Assembly: GCA_050273025.1 (NCBI GenBank)
Contig: CP158635.1
Span: forward strand, 10,354,001-10,418,000
Direction: 5' to 3'
DNA: 64,000 nucleotides
Source of the DNA: Cenococcum geophilum
Taxonomy: Eukaryota
Position 1 is the stretch's first letter; each line of letters begins with the position of its first letter. A program made the translations under genes and the position numbers. The notes below the pieces were generated by a model. The model was not told the origin of the DNA. It saw only the letters and a list, made by a program, of their open reading frames with translations, and did not search any database. Below are positions 36,992-48,222 of the stretch, in pieces.

Positions 36992-37172
36992 CTTAGACCC
37001 TTAGAGAGGAATTCACCTCAGCGCCCTATAATTGGCTGCTAAAGCTAGCGCAAGCACTAACGCCTGCGGCATATATTAGCTACGGCGCCAGTCGCTAATT
37101 GGCTTAGATATGGCGGTGCCAGCCGCTTATTGGCTCAGGAGGTAAGGTAGATTTTCTCTCTAAGGGTCTAAG
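36992..37172. mobile_element. MITE-like element with ~27-bp terminal inverted repeats
   Basis: cttagacccttagagaggaattcacct ... aggtagattttctctctaagggtctaag; no coding capacity. Confidence 0.6.
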
Positions 37173-37499
37173 TTAACTAAGATAAAGAGAGCTAGGCTAT
37201 TAGTATTATAGTTATATATCTAAAGCAGAGATCACTATTAAGGTCAAAGCGAGCTATAAATAAGAATTTTCGAAAGCAAAAGGAGACCTTTGCGCCTAAG
37301 GCAATGCCGAGCCAATTAATTGTCCAATCCGATTAAAAATGCTGTATTTACGGCTCAGGCGTTGGCAGCCGCTTTGCCTTATATGGCTTTTAACAAAGTA
37401 CACAGCCTTAATTAAGCCACGGAGCGCATAATCCCCCGCTTTACGCCCCTATCACATAACCCAAACTGCTTAGCCCTTTCTTTATAGGCTGTTGGGATT

Positions 37500-38930
37500 G
37501 GTATAAAAATTTATATACCGAGTGCGCCTAGAGCATTAATTATACCAGGCCACTGTCTATTATAGTGCTTCCGTCCACTACAGTGGCCACTACTCTCTTA
37601 AAATCCTCCTTAAACCCGTTGTTCTCGTCGTCTATATAGTACTTTAGTATCTTAATATTATCGCACAAGCTTCCCTCCACCTTTAAGTATAGTAATAGGA
37701 TTGTGGGTACTACCCGCAGCACTATCCCCCTTATTTACAACCACCTTCTTTACTACCTTCTTCTTTTTCTTACGGGGTACTAGTAGTATGTATAGCGAGG
37801 TCAGCAGGGATTACTAGAACTGGGGGAGCAACGGCGCCACCGGTTGCCTGCGGTGTAATGTTATTATTAACGAATTCTTACACTGTGCTAGTATATGCTG
37901 GTAGTTCGCCTATACTAGAAGCCATAGACGCCAAGCTAGTAGAGCTCTTACCTTTAACCCACAGGTCCTTATTCCCCCACTAAGTAGGCTTAGCAACACC
38001 CTTAGGTTTATCCTTACCCTAAATTATATAGGTTATACAGTTCTTTAAGACCATATCACGGTACCGCACTAGAGACGCCGCGAACTCGTTATAGGCAGCC
38101 CGTAAGGTTACTGCTTTTAGGGAACCCTTAAGCTCCTTATAGCAGTCCTCTATCCTATTAACAAAGGTGCCTCCCTTTCCTATCACGTCGGATACAACCC
38201 TATAGTGCTCGTCTGTAGCTAGTCCAGGTTCCATAAAGGCTATTATATTTAGTAGTAATTCTTAGCTCGCAATGTCCTCTAAATAAGGAGCTATTGGGAT
38301 GTTTATAAAACGAGGTCGTCCTTAATAGCGACGTTCTATAGGTTTGTTAGGCACTTATATCTTATATTTAAAAAAGAAAGCAGCACCTTATTTAATATCC
38401 TCACTATTTTAACATAATACTATTACTTATAGGGGAATACGATAAGTAACTAGGTACTTATCTCTAATACTTACCTCTACGCCCTCAGGCACGTGTAAAT
38501 ACAGGGTTCTTTAGAGTTTATCTATGTGGAAGACATAGCCTCCTACAAGTTTAGAGGCTTTGATCTTAAATATTTAATATAACCTATTATTATGGCGAGC
38601 ACTCCAATCTAAAGCCCAGTTTTCTATATGCCGCTTATCGGCAAAGAGGGAGATAAACAAGCTATTATGCTCCTTTTTCCAACAGAGATGGTCTTCTACC
38701 ACACTACCGAAATCATTAAATATATCATCCCGATCGGTGTAAAATGTTTCTATATCCCTTACGGAGAGGCCGTAAAGAGGGCTATAGGTTGTTTTGCAAT
38801 CGTTATATTAGATACGGTAAAGGCAATCTGTTAATAGATTTATGGGATCGAGATTAAAAAATTCCATTCTGCGACAAATGGAAGCTTCCATAGAAAATGG
38901 TGAAGATTTAAATCTCGCTGCGGTATCCTC
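37500..38930 (-). pseudogene. Hypothetical fungal protein gene with LYR..FISLF..(E/K)YL motif set, RIPed
   Basis: TDCLYRI*YNDCKTTYSP...EDHLCWKKEHNSLFISLFADKRHIENWALDW...DKYLVTYRIP, then an intron and ORF fragments 38019 and 37540. Confidence 0.6.
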
Positions 38931-39249
38931 CTTTAAAGGCGCCCGAATGTAAAGAAGGGAAGCTTATAGGTACAGGAAGGTACAGTTAAGGTCGAAGCGA
39001 GCCACAAACAAGAATTTTTAAAAGCAGATGGTGACCTTAAATAAAGCTAATAGATTATAGCGGCATTACCGGGCGGATATATATGTCATCCCTTCAAATA
39101 GTGGTTCTGCTCATTTTAAACACTAAGCTTAATTAAATCTGCTAATTAAGCATATAAATACGGCAAACACTCGCTATAAAGGGCAGGGCTAGTTCTAGCT
39201 TAAATTAAATATATAAATTTCTTTTAACAAGCAAACGATACAGTAACTA

Positions 39250-39900
39250 AAGAGCGTACCATTTAAGCCAATAAATTTCCTCCTTAATTCTGCAAACTTC
39301 TTTATCCTTAGGTTAAGCGTGCCCTTTTCCTTTTAGATGCCGCAATCTTATTTCTAGCCTTTGTAACCCATTCATCTCCATAATCTAAAGTTTTATTACC
39401 GCTTCTTTTAAGAGTGTAGATTTCGTTTTAAAACCGCCTAATAATATCTCTTATTTTTTCCCGGTCACTTCTTAGGCTGTTAATCCGATCGTCAACCTTC
39501 CCTAGATAACTTATAATGTAGCAGTCGCTTTTTTTAAGACTGCTAACTTTCCTATTAAGTTAGCTAAGCCTATAGCTAAGTTAGTTAACTAAGCTACCTA
39601 GTTTCTTAATTGCCCCTAATAGAGTAAGCTAGGGGTTAATAAGCTTTATTAAAAGGAGTTACTAAGCGGACTATATTAAGACAACTTCTTCATCTTATTA
39701 GTGCGGGGTAAGTATTTCCTTACAGTTCCTTCCGTATTAGTCTCATTATTCTCTAAATTACTCTTACGTTCCAGTACTAACTGGATATTCTGCTTATATT
39801 AGTAAGCTAGTAAACAGATAAAATTACGGGGAAGCAACTATTATATACCTACCCCACTATATTAACGGCCTTATTAGAGCCCTTAGGATTAAAAGCAAGC
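39250..39900 (-). pseudogene. Possible small coiled-coil protein gene remnant
   Basis: Heptad-like translation LVN*LSYRLS*LNRKVSSLKK...LGKVDDRINSL; weak. Confidence 0.3.
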
Positions 39901-40599
39901 GGTATATCCTAGCTTAGTCAGCAGTATCCTATAAAGGATTCAATGTTTAGAGCGCACCTTAATTTAATACAATGTAGTATCCTCTATCGTGGCGTCCGAG
40001 TCGCTTATTATTAAAAAGATAAAGCAGCTAATAGTTTAAGTGTCTTTATAAGAAAGTAAGGAGGAATTTCCTTAAAGGATATTATGCTTAATATAGGTCT
40101 AGTTAAAGGATATAGAGGCCTTTTATATCCTACTCCTCTCTACCATTTAGCTAATAGGAGAGCTAACAGTAGGCTCCGCTTCAACTATGCCTCAAAAGTT
40201 AAGCCAATTTACTGGTTTAGGGATATTAGTATAGTATCACAAATGCGCTATAATACAGCCACGACAGGAGCATGATCCTTCCCCGTTTACACCCTACTTT
40301 GCTATACCTCTATAGGAGGGTTATATTAAACAATAAGGGCTAGCATTAACCCCTTTCTTCTAATTATTCCGAGACGGCGATATAAAGGCAGTTAGTTAAG
40401 CGTTACTTCGCACAGTAATGCCTATCTAGTTACGTGGCTTCACTTAAGCCCCATTACACGCCTTAATATAACTTCCTATCGCCTTAACAAATCAATAGCT
40501 AATAAGCCTAGCCTAAGGTCAAGACAAGGTAAACAGGTAACTTAGCTTTCAGACAGCCCCAACAGTATAGGGTTCGGAGGCGTTTATATAAAGTTATAA

Positions 40600-41831
40600 A
40601 CTAAAACCGGAAGCCAATAATAACCCCCTAATAACGCCTTACCTAGCCAAAATAGTATTATATAATCTACTTCTAATGCCTACCCTTTACGGAGCAGGAT
40701 ACTACTTAGGCAGTAGACTCCTCTTAGCTAGTTAATCTTATATATTTACTCCCCATCTATAGCAAAGGAGCTATTAGTGCGTTATAGGGTTATTTAATTA
40801 GTATTCTAGCTAAGCCCTTTATAAGCGCTCCGCCTTATATAGGCGGTATAACAACTCCTATTAATCTGCCTTACATTAAGGGAGGACTTATATTTAAGAC
40901 GCTAAGTAGCCAGTACTTAGAGGCACACAGACTTATACCCTTATTTATACGTTCTACTACTCTTAAGCATACCCCTTTTGCGAAGGATATTATATTATAT
41001 TAAACATTGCCGAAGGAGTTATCGTTATATTCTATATCCCTAACGGCGTCAATTGCAACTTCTCCTTAAGTAGTATCGCGCGATTCCCGAGTACCTGCGA
41101 GTGCAGCGTTCCTAAATCGTTAGCGAGTAAGTAGGCATTTATAGATAGAGAAACCGACGGCAACGCAGAGGCGTTAACTAGTAGGGAAAGTAACATTAGT
41201 AATAACGATGAAGACTAGGACGTAAAGACACTATCTAGCGGAGAAAACGGCTTTAGCATTAAGGATTAAGAAATAGGGGCGGACATTAATGAAGAGATGT
41301 TGATCGATAATAAGGCCAACGCTGTCAACCAAATATGGGCGACGATTAAATACGGTGCCCTTGACTTTATAGCCTTAAATCTGTAAGTGCAGGATATAAA
41401 TGCAAAGAAGAGTTCTAATAAAAGCTAGCAAAAGGATTAAGCTTTTACGTCCTACTATGCCCACCTTGGCCTCTCTTCGCTTAGCCTATCGCAAAATAAA
41501 ACAATATTTTACTATTCCTACTATAGTCTCTACCCGCTTAACTTATAGCGAGCTACAAAGCATTCGCGAGGATTTAGGCCTTTCCTCGGATAAACTTATT
41601 CGCTACCTTAAAAGCGATAATAGAAGGCAAATCCATGGCGACGACCCAGGATTTTTTGAATTTCTTGTAGACTTAGAACGCATGCCACTACAGCGACTAT
41701 TAATCGTGTTTAAGACCAAGGTACTTATGGACTTATACCTTAAGAATATAAATGCGTTATTCTATAGTGTTTTCTCTTTAGTTAAATTATTTCTCTGCTT
41801 ATTATATATAGCGGTTGTTCGTCTATTCTAG
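40600..41831 (+). pseudogene. Hypothetical protein gene remnant with acidic linker
   Basis: Acidic stretch at ~41150-41330 and ORF 41400..41831; family not recognised. Confidence 0.4.
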
Positions 41832-42059
41832 TATAGTGGAGTAGGGTAGTTAGGTTACGCGAGGGGGCTTAGACTTATAGCCACGCTTATAGGGCTATTT
41901 ATATAGGAACTTCTTTAGGTCGTTATAAAGTTTATAGGGGTCTTTATATAGGAACTTCTTCGATATTTTTAGGTCTGGCCTTGTATATTCCTTTAGTTTC
42001 TAGTTTTAGTATTTTTATAACATTTACTTTCTATCAATTTTACGCTAGGCGTAAATAGA

Positions 42060-42921
42060 CATAGCCTCTAACCTAGCTCGCATAATTACCTAGCCCATAT
42101 AACCAGAGCTATAATGCTAATTACGCACTAGCATAAATAAGCATTCTGCACAGACTATACGGCTTTAGTGCTGCGAGCTAGGTAATTGTGTAAGCCTAGG
42201 GGTCCTACAAGGGTTAGCTAGTATTAAGTCTTTTTACGGTTCTTAACTAGCTCGTAAGTTACCTAGCTCACACGGTTTACTAGTAATTGTTTTTAACTTT
42301 ATGGGGGCGGCGGGGCAGACTCGCGCTTAGGCCCCTACTATTACCTAGCTTATATAATCGCCGGGCTCACGCAATCACCTAGCTCGTAGGATTGACTAGC
42401 TCGCAGGATCAAAGCTGCGAAGTTATTAAACCTATTAATATCCTATTTACGCGCTAGGCGTTAATAGGGGGCGCTAGGTTAAGTCGCCCTGCTCGCGCGG
42501 TCACCCTACTCCCGCGAGCGCCATGCTCGCGCGATTACCTGGCTCGCATGATTACCCAGCTCCTACGAGCACTATGCTCACACGATCGCCCAGCTCGCAC
42601 GATCGCCCAGTTCGCACGATTACCATACTCGCACGATCACCTAGCTCGTAGGATCGCCCAGCTCGCACGATCGCCCAGTTCGCACGATCACCATGCTCGC
42701 ACGATCACCTAGCTCGTAGAATCGCCTAGCTCGCACGATCGCCCAGTTCGCACGATCACTATGCTCGCACGATTACCTAGCTCGTAGGATCGCCCAGCTC
42801 CCACGAGCATCCAACTTACACGATTACCTAGCTCGCATAATCACCTAGCTCGCACGATTACCCAGCTCGTAGGATTGCCTAGCTCGCCCATTAATATCCT
42901 ATTTACACACTAGGCGTTAAT
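42060..42921. repeat. 17-bp GC-rich tandem array (tcgcacgatcgcccagc) bracketed by ~31-bp direct repeats
   Basis: Core array at ~42490-42887; attaatatcctatttac.c.ctaggcgttaat at ~42435 and ~42890; dispersed degenerate copies back to ~42070. Confidence 0.85.
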
Positions 42922-44557
42922 TAGAGGATAAATAAAAGTTATATTGCACATTCAGCTGTAACAGGGGAGATAATCTATTAAGCACCGCTATACTATTACT
43001 AAGTCACATCTAGGAGCTTCTTAAGGCCTACAGTATACCCAAATTCTATGTCTTAATGTCTTCTATCCTTCCTACAATATTTTCTCGGTAAACATCTCTT
43101 ATTAGAGGTTAAGCAGTATCTCCTTTAAATATTAAACTTTCTCTAGATCGTTATAAGCGTTATAGTAATTAATAAGGTTTTAGAAAGCCTTATCTTCTTC
43201 GTCATCCGTTATTAACCTATAGCCTTTAAAATAAGAGTGAATAATATCGCGTTATCTCTCAAATTCCTTCTTCCAGTTATCGCTAATTTCACTCTATTTT
43301 AGCATTAGAAGTTAGATAAGCTACAATATATAAAGCTATAAAAACTTATACATAAAGGCTGGCAATCGTTCTATATATTACACACGGAACACATTACTAG
43401 GGATATGATTTTGTAAATATTAGAAACGCTAAGGGAGTGTTCTTAAAGCCAAGCGTATAACTGTCTTTAATTGACTATATACCGTATCCTTAACCTTAAT
43501 ACAAATAAATTAAATGACCAAAAATGTTAAAGAGTGAAGAGATTCGTGCGAAAGTATATGTAGGTCTAAAATTGGAGGCTTTAAATAACCTAGAAGACGA
43601 GAATAGAACGCTAATTACCTACAAAAAAAATCTATTAGTGGGCTATTGCAGGCATAGAGGCGTTTGGATAGCTAAGCTGGTAAGTACTAAAGTACTAGAT
43701 TATACTAATATCCTCCTAACTCTAAGCTAAGTAATAGGCTTAAAGTACGGGGCTATATGCTAGGGCCTAGTTCCGGTTTTAGTTATACATAAGAGCTAAA
43801 TATATATCTTATATTAATAAGTAGGAGGGAGTTAAGTCGTAGGCTATATGCCATTTCGTTTACGACGTGTCTTATAACCTGCATACTAATCGCTAGTTTA
43901 TATCATTCGTGTAGCATATAAGATGGGTACTATAGGATATATAGCAGCGAAACAAGGCATATTATCTACGCGCGCACCTTAGCTATAAGATTGCCGTATA
44001 GCTTATATTCGGAAGGCTAATAAGAAAAGATAGAATGAAATGGAATAAAATAAGAAGGGGATTATATCACTATAACAACCCTAGCCAATCCCTAACTAAT
44101 ACGTAGCTCGTAGGATAGTGCAGTGTAAGCCGGATGTTAATATATCAATCGCATTCATTTCATTCTACTTTACTTTATTCCTTCTATAATATAACTATAT
44201 AAGTAATAAACGTTGTATACTTTATAGTAATCCCTTTTAACATATTAGGAGGCGTATTCTGTCGCTAAGCCTCTTAATATAAGCATAACTTTATAAAATT
44301 TCGGATAAGATTGATCCGCTAGTTAAGGTACACTAGCTTTGCAAGATCTCTATCTATTCTATTAAACACTAGAATAGGACTGGATAATAATAGACTAAAA
44401 TAAATAAAAAGCGATAAAGAATAATAAAATAAGCACGCAATAACTAAGAAAAGGTTCCATATATACTAAGCGCATAGTTCTAAATTTACCAGTTATGTGC
44501 CTTTCTATTAGTACTAGAGGGTTAGCATAGGATTCTCGTATAAGCAAGGCGACTTAC

Positions 44558-47072
44558 CTAGTAGTGCCTCTTAATTGGATGCCATACGCCATGCATAAGG
44601 GCTGCATAATTTTTGAAATGCTTAAGTCCTTTAATCCACTCTAAATAACAAGGATATTTATAGCGGAACCTCTACCTAAACACTCCTTCTGTAACGTGAT
44701 TATTAAGATACTTCTATAGTATATCCTTCTTTGTAAATAGGCAGGTCTGCCTTAGCATTAAGAGTTGGTTATTGCTAATATAGATAAGGTAAATAAGATT
44801 AGTAAACGTTATAGGATGCGGCAGCTGTATTATCTTAACACCCTTTTCCTTAATTGGGACCGCGCTCCACGTCTTATCCGGGTTTTCTTAGAAAGGCGAG
44901 TCTAAGCTAATATATTCTTTCTGCCGCTTTACCTATTAATAGATACTAGTATTAGTGTCACTTGCACCTCTTTTTACGCCTATTATACTTTGGTCTACTT
45001 TAGACCCAAGTCAAAGTCCAATAGCCTTACTTAGGATCCTATTCTACTAGCTCTCTTATTAATTATAATACTTAATAAGATTGCGGATAAACTTTATATG
45101 GAGTTTTATAGCATACCCTTCTTTAAACTCGTTTAGCGGCTAAGATAGCAGTTTGGCAATAGTAGTATGTTCGCGAAATTTATACTATATAGCTAAACGG
45201 GTAGAAATGTCCGTCCTAACGCTACCACTAAGCTGTCTTTTAATATTGTAATCGTTAATAGCGTTATAAAAATTAAGAATAACCTAGTCCTCTTTTCGTT
45301 TATGTAGGACGTTTATAACACTATAAAGTTTATATCTAGCTTCGTCGTAACGGTTATATAGTTTCGTTCCCTTTGCGGCGTCAATAGGGTAATATCCCCG
45401 GCTCCTAATCTTTCGCTTATATCGCTCTCGTTTCTCGTAAAGCTGTAGAATATTAGGGTGTTAATTAAGTTCTAACTGGAATTCAAGCTTCTACTTATTA
45501 GTTAGACCTATAGGGGCCCGCTTATCCCTTAAAATCCCTATCTATACGGCATGTTAGATAAGGTCGTCCTATAATAAAGTCCTAAAGTAAATTAACTGGA
45601 AATCGCGCTCAATTAAATCAGGTAAATAAAACCGTTAGTAGGTATCGCCGTGATAACCTATTATCTGATTTCGCTCTTCTAGAGTAAGGGTACCTAAAAA
45701 GGTTAGTTAATAAATATATTTATATTAAATTAGACACTTACTATTTAATTTCCTTCTAGACGCTTATCGCAGCTAGTAAAGTTTAAGCGATTGTTTAAAC
45801 CTAGCTACTTAGCCTAACTATACGTAGTAATCGCGGCATTTCTAGTAAGGGAATGCTTTGGTATCCGATACTCCCCTATAACTAGCTATTATCTTAATAT
45901 TTTAAAAGATAGGTCGTTCCTCCATCTACTTCTTAAACTTCACTTTAAGACTCTCTTTATTTACTAGGATTTTAAGTTTAAAAATCTCTTCTGGCGAAGT
46001 GTAATGGCGTTAAAATATATTATTTGCGATGGCAAGGCTTATAAGATAGAATAGAATATAAAAAGCTAGGATGCTTTTAAGACGGAAAATAAACCTCTTA
46101 CTACAGGTCTATTAGCGCCATTCGCGCCGTCTTTAATTGGCGTCGCTATATACCGTCTACCTATGCCTCTAGAATTCTTAATATGCATAAGACTTATAAG
46201 GGTGACAGTTATGGTTTAATTGAAGTTCTTCGTATTGCGAACTTTTAGGATTATAATATGTTTATATAAAAGCGCTTTATTAGAGCCTCTTATGCTTAAA
46301 CTTTCAACAAGAGCTTAGGGTCTTATTGCTGTGGCACCAGAGAGGAGGAGGATTGCCCCTATTTACACTCGAAAACGACTATAGCGAGGCTTCGCGTCCA
46401 TTATCCAATAGGTATTAATAATTGTATATAAGTCTTGCATATATATTGCATGCTTTTCTTTCTCCAACGTATCTAGCTTATATATTAGCGTTAAGTAGGT
46501 TAGAATCCACTATAATAAATTAGCTAAGTTTTTTTTTTAAAAGGTTAAAAATCGCCCTATATCTTATATATTAAGTTCTACGCTATTGTTTATACTATGG
46601 CCTGCCACATCTATGAATTTGCACAGAATTTGTCTCTAGTACGCCTTAATCGCGCTTTCCTTTTTAATTCAAGAATTCTTTACGCGCCATTTAAGGTATA
46701 TTTTAAACGTGTCGGCCACGCACTAACAAAGGGCCTTAGTTGGGTTAGATTTAACTTTTAAGCAGTATAAATCGTTAGTATTATAAGGTAAATCTTAGTT
46801 TAAATATAAACAAACTTTTCCTAATTCTAGAACTTACGCTTAACAAGAAAAGTAGACTAGGGCTTCCGTTTTAACTTCGCTCTTCCTTAGCCCTTATAAT
46901 ACGCAATCCTCTACCATAAATATTCCCCCTTGGACTTGGCGTCTTCCCTAGCTCTAGAGTTAGAGCTTAAATCTAAGTCTAAAGCTGGCTTAGAACAAGA
47001 CGGCTTGCCTAGTTCAAGGTCTAAGCTAAAGGCTAAATCTATATTTTGCCATTTCTTACTTTAAGAGGGCAT
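44558..47072 (-). pseudogene. DUF3435-type tyrosine recombinase (Starship 'captain'-like) with C-terminal Cys/His finger region, RIPed
   Basis: LLLSGATA(I/T)RP*ALVE, HIKNSRG, LISLAIANN, LY*LR*AS (YQLRR), ERNQI(I/M)G(Y/H)HGDTY*RFY and ERDFQ match DUF3435 catalytic motifs. C-terminal ...HFKN(Y/H)AALMHG. ATG at 47072; multiple introns; 3' end uncertain. Confidence 0.85.
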
Positions 47073-48222
47073 GGTGGTTAAACGCGTGGTGTTTTAATGC
47101 TTTAGTAGCTGCCAGTTACCTACATATAGAAGCTAGCTTAAGAGTGACTGCTATTAATAGGAACGCTAAAAAAGGCTTTACGGGAGATAGGCGTTCTTAA
47201 GAGCGGGATAGGGCTAAAAAACCCTATAAGTAGAAACCTAGAAATTGAGTATTAGAAGTAAACGATATAATAGCAGGGGAAAATGTATACGTAGCTACTG
47301 TGGGAAAAGGGTTAAAGAAGCGTAGTGCAGAAGGGAGGTTTCGTTGGGTAAGGGTAGTGCTTTTGGCGGAGGATGAGGACGAAGGTGGAAACTAGATCAG
47401 GTAGGCGGCGGACGTCTATAGCTTCTTAAATAGCCACCAAGGGACGTTTGGGGAGCTTCGAGAGGTGCACGCGCGCTTCTAGGTTTGGTGGGTAAGGGAG
47501 ACCCTACCGCCCTTGGCACGCTTAGCACGTTACAAAAGCAGCGATAGATATGGGTCTAAGCGAGGAGAAACAGCCTCCTAAAACGGGGGGTAGGAACCTC
47601 CAAATCCGGCTGCGTCTTCCCCAACAACAAGATTCTAGTAGTAATAATAATACCTAATTATTCTATGCGTAATTAATATAATGCCTTAAATACTATTCTA
47701 GTGTCTAATTTAATCTTTCTGTTTAACCGTCTGTCTGTAGATAATATACGGTAAAAGTTACTACTCTAACTTTTTATTCCGCTAAGAATACCTCCTAGAA
47801 TACTGCTATAAATCTTAAATCTCTATTTAATATAATTTTACTTAGTGCTTTATATCTTATAAACACATCTTTAATATAGATTCTAGCAATATCTTCCGCT
47901 AAGATTTCTTCTATATATACTATAAAGTATCCCCACTTTATAAGCTTATTTACTATTACTAAGATTATATTATAATCTTATTCGGTAATAGGATCTTTTA
48001 ACTTTAGTAACTTAATAATAAAGTCCTATAATATAACCTCCTATAGTCTTTCTAGTATTTTAATAGGTTATAGCCCTCTATATAGCTTATACCTTATTAG
48101 TTTATTCCTTTAGTAATCTAAATATTTCTTAGTAACTTTCCGCGCTAAGCCCTAGATTCTATTAATAATATACTCCTCTTAGAGTCTTAATATTAAGCCT
48201 ATAGCTCTATTATATCCTTAAG

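Larger units (their letters stand above)
1..47640 (-). mobile_element. Putative Starship-type giant element (captain-proximal part; distal end probably beyond the window's left edge)
   Basis: Captain-like gene ~570 bp inside an abrupt boundary that truncates a Gypsy integrase at minus-strand TTAC (47644-47641). Downstream lies accessory cargo (NLR/HET, kinases, AAA). The distal boundary is not seen. Confidence 0.65.

Noticed and set aside
38628..38834. Plus-strand ORF
   Set aside because: Antisense to the minus-strand pseudogene, which has better motif support.
37500..41831. Spok-like meiotic driver
   Set aside because: No motifs I could confidently match to Spok proteins.
43000..43730. Possible gene fragments including ORF 43524..43730
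   Set aside because: No recognisable motifs.
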